A DNA stretch of 64,000 bases. It comes from Felis catus. Taxonomy: Eukaryota. How positions within the stretch are numbered: position 1 is the stretch's first letter; every line of letters starts with the position of its first letter. Of the stretch, positions 26,156 through 39,326 are shown in pieces. The position numbers were made by a program, and so were the translations under genes. A model generated the notes under the pieces. That model worked only from the letters and a program-made list of their open reading frames with translations. It searched no databases and was not told the origin of the DNA. The DNA lies in contig NC_058380.1 of the NCBI RefSeq assembly GCF_018350175.1, positions 57,598,001 to 57,662,000 on the forward strand, written 5' to 3'.

Positions 26156-26324
26156 AACTCTTTTAAATATTTATAATATATCTTCAAGTTATTTTAGATT
26201 TTCTATATAGTAGGCAATAATAACACCAGTGAACAATGAAAGTTTTTTTCTTCCTTCAAAATTGTTAGACTTGTCTGTTGCCCTACTGCACTGGCTGGGA
26301 CCTCCAATTCAATGCTGAAAGGTT

Positions 26325-26363
26325 TTTGTTTGTTTGTTTGTTTGTTTGTTTTGTTTTGTTTTT
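26325..26363. repeat. (TTTG)n/(TTTTG)n simple repeat
   Basis: Direct reading. Confidence 0.9.
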
Positions 26364-26834
26364 CACCATGAATGGGCATTGGTTTTTCAAATGCTTTTCC
26401 TGTTTCACTCATGTCAGTTTTTTTTTTTTAATTTAGCTTGTTAATACGCTAGATTGCATTGACTGATCTTTGCTTATTGAACCAGCCTGTCCTTCCCTGG
26501 TGGAGGAGATCCCCCTTGCTGCTAGAGAGGATGAATTTCAGCTCCCCACTAGGGCTCTGCTGATTGATTCCTTCCTGGCTGGCAGGGGCAAGGGTATATA
26601 GTTACTACTCCCATGTCCTCCACTGACACCATAAGAAGGGTGGCCTCATTACCATAGGCACAAGTTCTGACTCTCCTTTAGACCCTCTCTGATACCACCC
26701 AAGTGGGAAGGAAAAGGGGCACCTCATTACGCAGGGTTGGGGATGAAAGTCTAGGCTTCCCACATGCTCTCCACTGACACTGCAAAGTGGAGATTTTTTT
26801 TACAACTTAACGGAGATAAAAGTCCCATGTCTCT

Positions 26835-27039
26835 GGGGCGCCTGGGTGGCTTAGTTGGTTAAGCGTCCGACTTCGGCTCGGTCATGATCTTGCAGTTTGT
26901 GAGTTTGAGCCCCACGTCGGGCCTGTGCCGACAGCTCAGAGCTTGGAGCCTGCTTTGGATTCGGTGTCTGCCTCTCTCTCTGCCCCTCCTGTGCTCGTGC
27001 TCTCTCTCTGTCTCTCAAAAATAAATGTTAAAAAAAAAA
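26835..27039 (+). mobile_element. CAN-SINE with TSD
   Basis: ggggcgcctgggtggct head; TSD aaaagtcccatgtc at 26818-26831 and 27036-27049. Confidence 0.93.
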
Positions 27040-27309
27040 GTCCCATGTCCTTGCTCAGTCTCCTCTGATGCCACATTCAATTTAGGATTTTGCATCTATG
27101 TTCATGGATAGTATAGGCCTGAAAGGAGTTTATTCCTTTTCTTTTATTTGAAAAAGAGCCTGGGATTTGACCAAGACTGGTTTGCGGTTTCTTGTATCTC
27201 AACTGAGAATGACCTACCATGTTATATAAATGTAGAATTGCAGGTGGAGAATGCAGTGGTCAGCAAGAGAGGGAGACCATATAAAGATGCTTTTCTCTGG
27301 GCTTTGTAA

Positions 27310-27900
27310 TTGTTAAGACTTCCTAGGCTGCTAGATAGAAAACTTATTCCAACCGGCTTAATCCCAAAAAGAACTTTAATGTTCATACAACTGAGAAGTT
27401 CAAGGGTGGATTCAGTCTCAGGCATAGCTGGAATTAGGGACTCTACATGTCATTAGGATCCTGGGTCTCTCCATCTGTTTCTTATCTCTACTTGTTTTTT
27501 CCTGGCTTCATTTTAAACGCTGGTGGACAGATTTCCTCATGTGATAGGGAAGAGAGTTGTCAAGAGCCTAATTCACATTCTTCTGTTTAAGTCTCCAGGT
27601 GAGAACTGAGCCCTGGCCAACACCTACACTGCAGCCTTGTGGAGGACTTGGTTGAACTCCTGACTTACAAAACTGCAAGATTATAAATGTGTGTTGTTTT
27701 AAGCCACTAAGTTAGTGATGATTCTCCATGCAGCATAGAAAGCTAATACAAGACCCTTTCTCTGCATGCTCCAATTAGAAATTTCCTGAGGAATGGCTCT
27801 GGTTAGTTTGACTTAGGTTACATGACTTCCATTAGACCCGATTGCTGTGCCAAGAGCTGGTGTACTATGATTGGCAGCCTCGTTAGAATCACATAAGAGT
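27310..27900. mobile_element. Nested MaLR (MLT1-type) LTR fragments
   Basis: A plus-strand MLT1 3' end (aaatgtgtgttgttttaagccactaag...gctaataca, about 27590-27750) inside an antisense MLT1J/K-like relic. Confidence 0.6.
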
Positions 27901-30900
27901 GAGAGCGAGCAGTTCCCCCCAACACCCAAAATAATAGGTGCACAGTACAGGATATAGCTGACCTCTGTGATGGCATTCTTAGGGGGTTCAGGTGTGTCTT
28001 ATGAGTGCTTATAGTGGACATTGCAAATTTGTAACCTTTAGCCAAATCTGGGTATGGATCAAATTTTGTTTGACCCCAATAATACTTATCTTGATACCAT
28101 TAAAGAATTTTGAGGGACACTCAGTTCAACTCTGCAAACACCAGAGGTAAGCATGGAACCTGCAGCTGGGACAGCATCTCTGCAACCCCTCCCCCACTCC
28201 TACATTCCTTCCTGGCATTCTGTTGGAAGAAGCAGTCAGGTCCTGCTTCCACACCTGGTCCTTTCCTGCAGTCCAGCATCTGAAATGCTCTGATTTAAGC
28301 TATTTGGGTGATTACATTCTTGACCTGTTATCTGTGATTATCTGTGTTGCTTGATTTGATCATGTTTGTAATAACTTTCATTGGCTGCTGTAATCTCTTG
28401 AAGATTTAAGACATCATCCTAACCTGAGATAAATGGTCACTGGTTGTAATGAGGTGGAAATTAATCAGCACATAAGCAGAGCTCTGAAAACCTCCATTTG
28501 TCAGTGGTCTGTTCTAGACTCCTTGGTTATCTCCAAAAGCAAGGGCTGAATTGAGGCTGGTTTTCTTTGCTTCTGTAACCTTTAGGTCAGTGAGCCTTCA
28601 CCTTTGTCTCCAAGCTCTGAGCTTGAACCTTCTTTCCCAACTAACAGCATGTGCTTGCTCTAAGGATGGGAAAGTGAATGGAGCATGGCTCATCCCAACC
28701 TGTTGGCAAGGGGGAGAAAGGCTTTGAATGAGAGCACTTGGAGGATAGTTAAATGTCCTAAAGCTTACATTCAGGGCACTTCCTTCCTCCAAAATGAAAC
28801 TGTTTATTTCTTCTGTTCGTGTGTGATTATAAATACATGATATTCATATAGTTCTTTCATACTTCTTTATATATTTTCCCAAGGTATTTAAAAATTTTTG
28901 TGACTGCTGTGAATTATGTACAACCACTCTAGTGTACTTTCTTACTACTTCTAGTAGCTTTGACATTTGATTAAAATTTTTGTAGTTGAACAACGTCTGT
29001 GAATAGTTTTCTTTTTTTTTCCTTCTTCTTTTCATTATTTTTGTCCTTTATTTTTCTGGTCTCATCTAATTAGTTAGACTCTGCAGAATGATGTAGACAT
29101 TGAAAGCAGGTGTTCTAATCCAAGTTGTAGACATGCTACAGGCCGATGTTCTGATATTTTCTTTCATGTCAGGGATGGTTTCCTCTATTCAAGTCTGCTA
29201 CTTTTAAAAAGTCAGAAATAAATATTAAATGTTATCAAATGACTTCTCAACATTTGTCAATGAAATCACTTTTTCTGCTTGAATCTATTAATAAAACGGT
29301 TGCAATAGATCTAACATTCCTAATGTTAGAAACCCTGAAACTCCTTTAAAAACTGGGTAATGTGTATCATTTGTTTAATATACAATGATTTTAATCTACT
29401 CAGATTCAATAAATGACTTTTTTTCATTTGATCAACTTTTTTTGTTCATTCACAATCCTCTAATTCTTTCAAAAGTCTTCATCCTAATGCTTTTCTACTG
29501 GTCTTGTCTCTTAAAATTTCAACAAGCATATTAAGACTTGTATTTCAGTATCAATGCAGTGAATTATACTTATAAGATTCCCCTTCCTGATACATCCTTC
29601 ATAAGATGAAACCTTAAATGGGTTGTACCTTTACTTCTCTTTCTTAATTTCTCAGCTTAATAAAGTCATCTAGAATTGTAACTGGAGTTATACCATTGCT
29701 TTGTTATCAGTGTTTCCCTCTGTGTGTTTTCTAATAATTCATATATTTGTCTTGGCAAATTTGGTATCAAGAGTTCATTAGACTTTATTATTCTTTAGCA
29801 TTTGATCATTAGCGTCTTACATACCATATCTGTCACATTCGTTCAATTATTTATTTTAAACTATTTGTTGGGAGAACTTTATAAATAAAACTTCTTTTTC
29901 AGAAAGAGATTATAGGGGTACGTGCTTTCTGTGTGTGCACGTGCCAAAAATGTCTTTTCAAGTCTTACATTTGTGCAATGGTCAGGGTGCATAGAATTCA
30001 GGACTCACAGCCCATATCTGTCAGAACTCAGAAAACCTTCTTCCACTGGCATCTACATTTAGGGTAACGGAAAAGCAGGCCAATTGCAGCCAGATTCCTA
30101 TCCCTTGTTAGAAAATATGCTTTTCTCCTGTGGAAAAGTCTATAGCATTATTTTAACATAGATGAGAATCAAAAATTATCCTTGTATCGACTGTGTATAG
30201 GTGTGTCTTTTGCTACAATTCTTACCTGGTGATTCATGAAACTTTTATGAATGAAATTTTATCTGTTCAGCAGAATGTTTTTTCTCCTCCTTAATTACTA
30301 TTTGCTTTTTATCTGCTCTGTTTTCTCCTCAAGAATTACATAATGGATCCCCCCGGTCTATCTTTTATGTCTCTCATCTTTTCTTGAATAACTGAACCCC
30401 CCCCCTTTTTTTTCCCTCTGAAGACTAGGAGAAAAATTTAAGTTATTTTTAATGTAAAAATTCATTTTAAGCATTGTTTTATCTACTTTTAAATACTTTC
30501 TGCTGAATTTTATTTGATAAATAATGTGGATTTTTCCCCCTAGGCTCATGTTTTTATCTCCCAGTCACCTTTTCTTTTAGCTTCTCTTTGGCAAACTGCT
30601 TTTGTTTTATTGACTCCATAGCCTCCCGAGTTCCACTGAGACTTTTCTTCACTGTGCTTAACTATCTTTTTGCAATAACTCTTTGTCAGCAAAGGCTGTT
30701 TGTTTTATGGTTAGTTTATTTCCTCCCTATTGGATTAAAAGTTCATGTCAGCTAACAGAAGTTTTCTATTCCACTCATTCTTTTAGCTGGACTTCTAGAT
30801 GGATGACTATTGGGAACTGGCTTGGAATTCCTCACCAATCATGCGGATGACTCTTAGATGTCTCCTAGTGAACATCACCTTCTTCTCCATCTGACTGCCA

Positions 30901-31423
30901 TGTAGTGTCATGCTCATGCCACAATGGTCACTTGGCTGCATGGTTGGTCAAGCTAGGTCAGGAAATTAATAGAATTCATTTGATTCTCCTAAATACATCT
31001 CTGTTTCCAAATCACTCTGATGACCTATGGGAGGCCACTGCTATCCAGGGACAGAAGCCAGGGGTGAATAACATCTTCAAAAAGGGGAAAGAAAAAAGGC
31101 CAGAGCCTTTGACCCTGGTATCAGTTTTGCCACAACCTACTCACCCTCTAATTTGCTCCAAAAGCGTGAATGATTTTCTGGTAGGGACTATGATTAAGGA
31201 TAAGAGGTTAATTATGGAGACAGGAAGAGAACAATTCAGGAAACAATTTGAGGAATTAATATGAAAATAAGGAGAAAGAAACAATGAGGATAAAGATAAA
31301 AATATTACTTTTGTTTAATATGGAATAAGATGTGTTGAAAGGTAACATGAATCAAGGACCCATCCAAATATGTTCCAAGAAAGAGGCCAAGAAGCAAATG
31401 AATTACAGATCTATTGATTAGAG

Positions 31424-31627
31424 CTTTTTTTTTTAATGTTTGTTTATTTATTTTGAGAGAGAGAGCCCACAAGCTGGGGAGGGGCAGAGAGAGAGGGAGA
31501 GAGAATCCCAAGCAGGCTCCACACCGTCAGTAAAGAGCCTGACACAGGGCTCAAACCCACAGACTGTGAGATCATGACTCGAATTGAAATGAAATCAGAC
31601 AATCGACTAAGCCACCCAGGTACCCCT
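31424..31627 (-). mobile_element. CAN-SINE
   Basis: SINE body flanked by tagagcttttt. Confidence 0.88.
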
Positions 31628-31930
31628 AGACTAGAGCTTTTTGTCAGTTAAAAATAAAACTGGGAAAGTTACTTTCCTGGACATCAATAAGTTCAGTAAT
31701 GCATCACAGAGATAGATAACTATAAGGCTTGACCAATGGCATATACTTTTGTATAATTGCTTATAGAATGGGGTAGAAAAGTCCAATTAAATGCTTCCTA
31801 TTCATATAAAGCCTTCTGTGTCATTAGTTTTGTCTATGTACCCTTGATGAAATTGGCCCTTTTTCTTATCCCCTGAGACACTTAGGTGAGAGAAATGATA
31901 TAATAGAGATCTATCATGACCCTTCCACCA

Positions 31931-32890
31931 TCACTGGATGAAGTGTTTCTGAAATACCAGGTTCCTCACAGCGGCCTTCACGTCCTTGTTCCTCAGGCTA
32001 TAGATGATGGGGTTGAGCATGGGGGTCACCACCCCATAGAAGAGGGAGATGAGCTTATCTGAAAGGTCCTGCTTGTCTGCCCCCAGGGGGTCCTTGGATT
32101 TGGGCTTCCCATACATGAAAAGGATAGTCCCATAGAAGACGACCACGACTGTGAGGTGGGCAGAGCAGGTGGAGAAGGCCTTTTTCCTCCCCTCAGCTGA
32201 GGGGATCCTCAGGATAGTGGTGAGGATGAAGATGTAGGAGATAAAGATGAACAGAACTGGGACCCCCAGGAAGATCACATTGGCTACTGCCATACTGATC
32301 ACATTGATGGAGATATCAGCACAGGCCAACTTCAGGACAGCCAAGATCTCACAGGTGAAGTGGTTAATGACGTTGTCACCACAGAAGGGCAACCGCATTG
32401 CTAAGGATGTTTGCACCATGGCAGTCGTGCTTCCAGCTGCCCAGGAGCTGGCAGCCATGGGCACGTAGACAGCCTTGCTCATGACCACAGGGTACCTAAG
32501 AGGGTTACAAATGGCCACATAGCGATCAAATGCCATCATGCCCAGAAGCACACACTCTGTGGCTCCCATGGCGAAGGAAAGAAACATTTGCACAGCACAG
32601 GCTGAGAAGGGTACAGTTTTCCTGGGGGTCAGGAAGCTGTCGAGAATGAGGGGGANNNNNNNNNNNNNNNNNNNNNNNNNNNNNNNNNNNNNNNNNNNNN
32701 NNNNNNNNNNNNNNNNNNNNNNNNNNNNNNNNNNNNNNNNNNNNNNNNNNNNNNNNNNNNNNNNNNNNNNNNNNNNNNNNNNNNNNNNNNGGAGGATGAG
32801 CACAAAGAACGTTTTCTCTAGCTTTGGGTGGGCTGAGAGTCCCAGGAGAATAAACCCCATCACAGGAGAAGTCCAATTGGATCTCTCCAT
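31931..32890 (-). CDS. Olfactory receptor, OR37 subfamily (OR13C7/OR2S-like), 319 aa
   Basis: [20 protein letters not shown] and [12 protein letters not shown] motifs, NWT sequon, extended EL3 [15 protein letters not shown]. 32656-32790 is masked. Confidence 0.93.
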   Translation of the reverse strand: MERSNWTSPVMGFILLGLSAHPKLEKTFFVLILXXXXXXXXXXXXXXXXXXXXXXXXXXXXXXXXXXXXXXXXXXXXXXPLILDSFLTPRKTVPFSACAVQMFLSFAMGATECVLLGMMAFDRYVAICNPLRYPVVMSKAVYVPMAASSWAAGSTTAMVQTSLAMRLPFCGDNVINHFTCEILAVLKLACADISINVISMAVANVIFLGVPVLFIFISYIFILTTILRIPSAEGRKKAFSTCSAHLTVVVVFYGTILFMYGKPKSKDPLGADKQDLSDKLISLFYGVVTPMLNPIIYSLRNKDVKAAVRNLVFQKHFIQ

Positions 32891-33930
32891 GGTGTATCTT
32901 CCCTCAGAAAGCCAACTTCATGATTCTCTGATGCCTAAAGTGGCCAGAAAGCCAGTGAGGAAACTTGCCTTGCTGAGCAGCTGGAGAACAGCCTTGGCAA
33001 TCTGGGTCTCTTTACATTGTTCTAATAAAATGCAGAGAAATTAGTCAAAATCTACTTTGTGATATTTGGCTACCCATGGAGGTGTTTGACATTTCACAAA
33101 ATTGTATTTAATTTTCTGAATCACATTTAAGATTAACATCACATGTTTACTTCAGGCTATACCATGTGTGGCTGATCCATTTTAATCAATTTTGTGAGAA
33201 GTGCTATACTCCATTTGTATGAATTTTTATTCTTTTGGGACATAAGTCTGGTGGAAATAACAGATCTTCATTCTCAATTGCTGATCCAAGCAATTTTAGA
33301 TACGAATTTCCTCCTCTTTTTTAGTTCTCTCTCACAGTCCACAGGCCCCTGGGATATTTATTCATGCATTCCTTCACTCACCTGCCAAACTCTTTGGAGC
33401 ACTTACCAAAAGAATTGTACTTCACCAGTCACTCAATGTATGGGGATTATCAACTCCCTTTTCCTCTCTGGGCCTCTGTTTTCCTGATATGCTCTTTGGA
33501 ATGGGATATATTTAGAGATATTCTATCCAGGGACAAAATGATCTCATGAATTCCTCATTCTTCACTTTCTGTCCCACCACTAAGATGTCCTTCTCTCTTT
33601 CCTTCAAGTTCTCCCCATGCCACTTAGTCACAAGGAATGAAGCCAGGAATTGGGCTGGGCTCACAAGAGTTTACGTATTCTTTTACAAATTCTCTCTTAC
33701 CTTTTCTGTAAACAGGTCAATAAAGAACACCACTTTTCTGAGGTCTTGGAATAGTCCAGAGGCTGAACATAGCCAATCTGATCTGAAAGTAGCAGACAGA
33801 GGAGTTAGCACCTGAAATGGATGAGAGCTAAGTTTTCTGGTCTTCGTTCTGGGTTTGGGTAAAATCCACAAAGGACCATGTATTACGTACATGAAGCCAG
33901 TTAAATTCCACCCCGCTATTGGGATTATTC

Positions 33931-34020
33931 TAGTCCCTGAAGTGATTTAAAGTTTAGAAACTGAAGTGACAAAGTTTAGAAACTTTATACATCTGGGATT
34001 ATGTCCCCAAGATCCAATTA
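33931..34020 (-). promoter_or_regulatory. Candidate OR promoter module for the OR at 31931-32890
   Basis: ccctgaagtgatttaaagtttag (33935-33957) and gtccccaagatccaatta (34003-34020, O/E-like plus HD). Confidence 0.65.
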
Positions 34021-34879
34021 TTTTGAAGTCCCTCCAGAAATACTTTCTTCCCCCTCCTTTCCTTTATACCCATCCTGCTGAGCTATTGGAAAACATTAGA
34101 GAGGACAGGTCATCCTGGTCCTGCCAGAATTAACATAAACCCCAGTCAGTGAGACCTCTCAGTAGAACCCATGATAGGTCTAGGAGAGTGTGAAACTCAC
34201 TACACAGGACAGATCCTTGTAGCTCAATACCACTGGCATTTCCAAATTCAGGATCTTGGGGTTGGAAAGAATCAAGTGACCTAGAAAGTTTTTCCTTGTC
34301 CGTGTCCCACCACATAGAGTCCGAACTCCTAGCACAGGTTAGGCCTCTACAGGGCATTGGGAGAGTCTGGTCCTAGCTCTTGCCATGAGAGTTTCATAGG
34401 TATAGCAGCTGTGTGCTTGAAAAAGTCCACTTGATTGCAGAAGTGATGTCCTGTTGTTTGAAGTCTTTCTTATGATCATGTGTTTTATCTTCTCCAGAGA
34501 AGAAATTTTTGTTGGGATCGGTAAGGGACAGTTGGCCAATGTCATGGGATGAGGGAGGGGGTATAGGGACTCTGTTTCTTATACATTTTTTTTTGCCTAA
34601 TCCTCCTGTTTTAGTAGCACCCCTTCACCCCTGGACCTAGAGGATGTGGTGCAATGGCTGCTCAGTGCTGGAGATCTGGTTGCAGTGCAGTGCTCTCCTA
34701 GTTTCTGGCTCAGGATGTAGGTCTGTTAGATCTGCAGTGGAAATGACCACATCCACTTTCCAGCCTTCAGGATGTTATCACACTGCTGTCCCCCTTCTTC
34801 TTAATCTTGTGGATTTTGTCACTTTAAAAAAATGAAACAAAACCAAAAAAGTTAACTATAGTTTTTGTGGGTTGCAAGA

Positions 34880-35130
34880 GGGAGCAAAATTAGGTGCATG
34901 TGTTCAGTCCTCCTTTATGCCTCAGTCCTGATTCTGTGCGGTTTCCAGCATCCCCTGTTATTTTCTTATTTATGTTAGCCATTTATCTTGTCTGTTTCCA
35001 TCTGCTAGAGTGCAATTTTCACAGAGGCAGGGATTTTTTTCTACACTGTTTACAAACGTATCTGAAGCATAAAAACTGAACCTGGCTTACATTAGGCATT
35101 CAATGAATAGCTGCTGAATAAACTAGTAAA
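34880..35130 (+). mobile_element. L2 3'-end fragment
   Basis: ...gaggcagggattttt...ggcattcaatgaatagctgctgaataaa resembles the L2 terminus. Confidence 0.55.
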
Positions 35131-35436
35131 TGAATTTGTGACCTACCCTTAATTTCTCCTCTGCTCCATGTTAACCCTTCTTTTTATATTTTTATTTTTA
35201 TCCCATCTTTTTCAATTTCTAATTTTGTAAACATTTAATAATGTATATAATATCTTGGTACAGGAGAACATTTATGTATTTTATAAATAAATAACAGTGT
35301 AAATTATAAGGAAGCATGATTTTAAAACCTAGAGCACCGCTGATCCCAGATACCTAGCTTCTGGCTATGGTTCCACCTTTTCAAATGTTTAACAAACCTG
35401 TCTTTTCTAAGTGGCTCTTACATATTGGAAACATCT

Positions 35437-35661
35437 ATTTTTTTTTTTAAATTTTTTTAACGTTTATTTATTTTTGAGCCAGAGAGAGACAGAGCATGAA
35501 CAGGGGAGGGGCAGAGAGAGAGGGAGACACAGAATCGGAAACAGGCTCCAGGCTCTGAGCTGTCAGCACAGAGCCCAACGCAGGGCTCGAGCTCACGGAC
35601 CCTGAGATCATGACCTGACCCGAAGTCGGATGCTTAACCGACCAAGCCACCCAGGCGCCCC
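35437..35661 (-). mobile_element. Felid SINE with TSD
   Basis: gaaacatctat on both sides; consensus-like body. Confidence 0.93.
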
Positions 35662-36098
35662 TAGAAACATCTATCTTGAGCAGAACCAGCTTGCAGAATT
35701 CAGAATTTCTGGCCCTATTCAGAGAGGATCTGCCATCTTACTTGTCTGAACTACATACCTTCCTTTGTTGCGCTCTTCCTGTTTCAGAAAGTCTGAGCTT
35801 TGAGATGCCTTGAGGGTCTTGTTTGGAGTCTCTCTCTCTCCCCAAGTTGGATTTCTCCTGCAACTCTTCCACAGACTGTCACCCCTCAGTACGACACATG
35901 TGAGCTTGGGTCTCTTGTGGAAAGCTCAGGAACAAGTGGAAGGGCTCACACCATTGCCTCAGCTATTATGATTGGCCCCAATACTGACAGCCACACAGGA
36001 ATCGGGAAACATATCACAGGACAGCCTGACTCACTTCTGCTGTTTACAGGAGCTGTGTCCACATTAGCTCTTAACATTTTATTTTGTTGGTATAACTT

Positions 36099-36868
36099 TG
36101 TTGGTGGGTGGACTAGGGATACCTCACGCTCTGACACAGCCCATCCAAAAGATATTGCTGAGGCCTGTTGGTCTCATCATGAGAAAGAATTCAAGGACAA
36201 ACAACACGGCAGATGAGCAGTAGAAACAAGAGGGTTTATTAAGATAAAAGTACACTCTTTAGTTGTGAGAGTGGGTGAGCTTAAAGGGGAACTATGCCCA
36301 CTGGAGTTTGGATTTCTATCTTTAATTGACAGTTGTTAACGAAGGGATAGAATATTCATTACTTGAAGGTGGAGATTTTCTTGGAAGCAGGGTGGTCTCT
36401 TCCAGGAATGTGGGTTATATACCTTTTCTTCCTTACTTGGTCAGGGGTTTTCTGTCATGGCACCCTTAGGGAGGAGACTTTGTCAGCCATCTTGGGCCTG
36501 TCTGGTTTGATCTGGTTTCTTATGGCTTTGTTTTGCTGTGCTGCCAGGATAGGCCTTTGACTTTAGCCATGACTTCCTGTTTGGTGGCTTCCAGGCATCC
36601 TGTTAGAACCTAACTAATTGCTTTAGCATGCCTGCGTGGCTCAGTCGGTGAAGTATCCAACTTCAGCTCAGGTCATGATCTCATGGTTTTTGAGTTTCAG
36701 CCCTGGTTCTGGCTTTCTGTTGTCAGCATAGAACCGACCCACTTTGGATCCTCTGTCTCCCTCTCCCACTTACACACCCCTACTCTTGTGCGTGCTCCCT
36801 CTCTCTCAAAAATAAATAAAACATTTTAAAAAATAAATGCTTAAGAACCTAACTAACTGCTTCTAACA
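36099..36868 (-). mobile_element. Solo LTR (ERV1-type) with an internal SINE
   Basis: TGTT...AACA termini and a 4-bp TSD actt (36095-36098 / 36869-36872); antisense AATAAA near 36236. Confidence 0.75.
36626..36838 (+). mobile_element. CAN-SINE nested in the LTR
   Basis: SINE body flanked by agaacctaactaa[t/c]tgctt. Confidence 0.88.
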
Positions 36869-37139
36869 ACTTTAAGCCCTCTCCATACTTTGGATATTAG
36901 CTCCATAGTCATTTTCTTTAAGAAATTCTTATTTCTTTCAGTGGGGAATGGTATTTATAAACTCAATCTGGGTGCCAAGGGTGCTTTTGAGTTTCTCATA
37001 GTTTCTAGGCCTTTCAATGGGAACAGAAAATATGTGTAAATATAAAATATTTATATGTATATAAAATTCATACTTATAATTTCTACAGAATTTTTGCTTA
37101 GCCTCATTGATTAAGATTGTCTTCTTATTCCTTCCCATA

Positions 37140-37385
37140 TACATCACCTATGTAATGAATCCTCCAAAAAACCCTCAAAGGTTGGGGTTCAGAGAACTTC
37201 TGTGTTGGTAAACATGTGAAGATGGGAGAGAATGGGGAGGGAGTGGAGTCTCTGAACACTTTCTCGTATCTTTCCCTATGCATCTCTTCCATCTGGCTAT
37301 TCTTGAATTATATCCTTTTATAACATATCAGAGGTCCAGTAAGTAAAATGTTTCTCTGAGTTCTGGGAGCTGGATCTAGCAAATT
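37140..37385 (+). mobile_element. MER21-like LTR fragment
   Basis: tatgtaatgaa...ggttcagagaacttc...ccctatgcatctcttccatctggct...gtttctctgagttctg. Confidence 0.6.
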
Positions 37386-37469
37386 AAGAGGAAATTAAGA
37401 GGGAGAGGGGGAGGGGGAAGCAAGAGGGGCATTGGAGAGGGGAGAGAGAACCAAAGAGTAAAACAAACT

Positions 37470-37840
37470 AATCATAATGTGTAGTCTTACTTGGATTTTA
37501 GTTTAAGTACACACACTGAAATAATGACAGCATTTATAAGACATTTGGAGAAATATATAATCCTAGATAATTGATGATATCAAGGAATTAGGGTTGATTT
37601 ATATTTTATAAGAGTATTAGTCATTTTTAGAGGTAAATACAGAAATACTTAAGGATGATATGCTATGGGTATCTGTGATTTGTTTCAAAATAATTCAAGA
37701 AAGGGAGAAATAATTCATGGGCATATAGATGAACAAGATTGGTCATGAATGGATCATTGTTGGATCTGGATATGAATACCTAAGGATTTGTTTTATTATC
37801 TTCTCTACTTTTCTCTAGATTTAAATTTTTCCATAAAATG
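37470..37840 (+). mobile_element. Old L1M (L1MC/ME-like) 3' end
   Basis: atctgtgatttgtttcaaaataatt...gaacaagattggtcatgaat...ttttccataaaa; a similar relic lies at about 1790-2120. Confidence 0.6.
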
Positions 37841-38432
37841 AAAGAGAGAGGAATTCTCTAAGTCTTAGGTCATGTATTATATGATGCTCTTTGAGCATTT
37901 TATTTGTCATTTCTCTGCAGACCAGCTTTCTCTTTCTTGCAAGACACATGGCCACGTTAGTCCTATGTTATGTGGTCTCTCAGCTCAAGAGCCCTATGCC
38001 AACTAACAAGGGTCTCTATATTCACATTCATATTCCTTGGAGAGAAAATATGATTAGCTTTGTTTTGGTCAAGAATGCAATCATCTGTGCCCAGGAGAAG
38101 GGGCATGGCTGTCCTCTCATCATATGCTAAGGAAGAAACATGTCTGCCTCTGGCAGAGCTTTCTAGTTAGTATGCCATAGGCTCCAGATATGCCAAGCTG
38201 AGTCCCCCTGGGGTCACTAAGCAGGACATGTTGTGACCTAAGTCCCCAGGTTAATTTCCTTCATCATGAGTAGACCCATCCACTTATCCCACGGTGCCAT
38301 ACAAATTAATTATTTTCTATGTGGTTCATGGCAAATAAAATGGGAATGGGAAACACTGAACTAAGGAGGTGGGCAGGACAGCGGTGGTAAGCCAATTTCA
38401 GAGAGGTTAACTACAATATAAAACAAACTTCA

Positions 38433-38651
38433 GGGGCGCCTGGGTGGCTCAGTCAGTTAGGCGGCCGACTTTGGCTCAGGTCATGATCTCGCGGTCCGTG
38501 AGTTCTAGCCCCGCGTCGGGCTCTGTGCTGACAGCTCAGAGTCTGGAGCCTGCTTCATATTCTGTGTCTCCCTCTCTCTGACCCTCCCCTGTTCATTCTC
38601 TGTCTCTCTCTGTCTCAAAAATAAATAAACGTTAAAGAAATTAAAAAAAAA
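38433..38651 (+). mobile_element. Felid SINE with TSD
   Basis: TSD aaacaaacttca at 38421-38432 and 38654-38665. Confidence 0.93.
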
Positions 38652-38737
38652 TGAAACAAACTTCAAAGTAAGTTGATAAATAGAGGAATTGGAAACTAAC
38701 TAAGATCTGGTTCTAAAGCTTCTGATGCTAACACAAC

Positions 38738-39326
38738 TGATGCAGTTTGAAGGGGTTCAGAGCTGATGGCCAAGAGAGAATTCTTGAGATGTCTTCGGTG
38801 CAAAAAATGTGGTTTTATTAAAGCATGGGGAGGACCCATGGGCAGAAAGAGCTGCACTGGGGTTGCAATGGGTGACTGATTATATACCTTCAAGTTTTGG
38901 GGGGGGGGGTGGTGGTTAGGAATAGTGTAAGTCTCTAAGGAATTTGGAAGCAAAGTTTCCAGGACCTTGAGGGGCTAGCTGTTGTTAGGATAAGGTCGTT
39001 TACTACTCTCTAGTAAAACCTTAGTCATGAGACCCTTTAGATGTGTATCAGTGGCCCATATGTTTGGAGAATGATTGCTAACATATATCTTAGGGGGAGT
39101 AGAGATAAAGGAAGTTTCCAAAGGAATTTTCATAAGCTAAAGAAGACTCACAGGATCCTGAGGGGTTGAGCTAATATTGCCTTTTGTTCCTCAGCAAAGT
39201 GTCAACATGGAGGCAACTGAGCTCCTTGAGGAAGGTCACTCTGTTTCAAGGACTTGTCAATGGGCTATAAGCTGTAGGAAAATTTAATTTTATCCACATT
39301 TCTCTCTGCCTTTGTTTCCCACATCA
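38738..39326 (-). mobile_element. Complete solo LTR (ERV1-type), 589 bp
   Basis: TGATG...CATCA inverted termini, a 4-bp TSD caac (38734-38737 / 39327-39330) and an antisense AATAAA near 38815. Confidence 0.82.

Larger units (their letters stand above)
23845..26460 (-). mobile_element. Degraded old L1M fragments, interrupted by three SINEs
   Basis: L1-like antisense phrases such as ttccattatatgaatgtagcaccacttatttatacattc, tctgggatctctattc and ttctatagatcaatttgaggg. Boundaries are approximate and the orientation may be mixed. Confidence 0.6.

Noticed and set aside
7153-38651. tRNA-like A/B-box sequences (ggtggctcagtcggttaag...gagttcgagccc)
   Set aside because: They are the tRNA-derived heads of SINEs, followed by SINE body and poly-A, and do not form cloverleaf tRNA genes.
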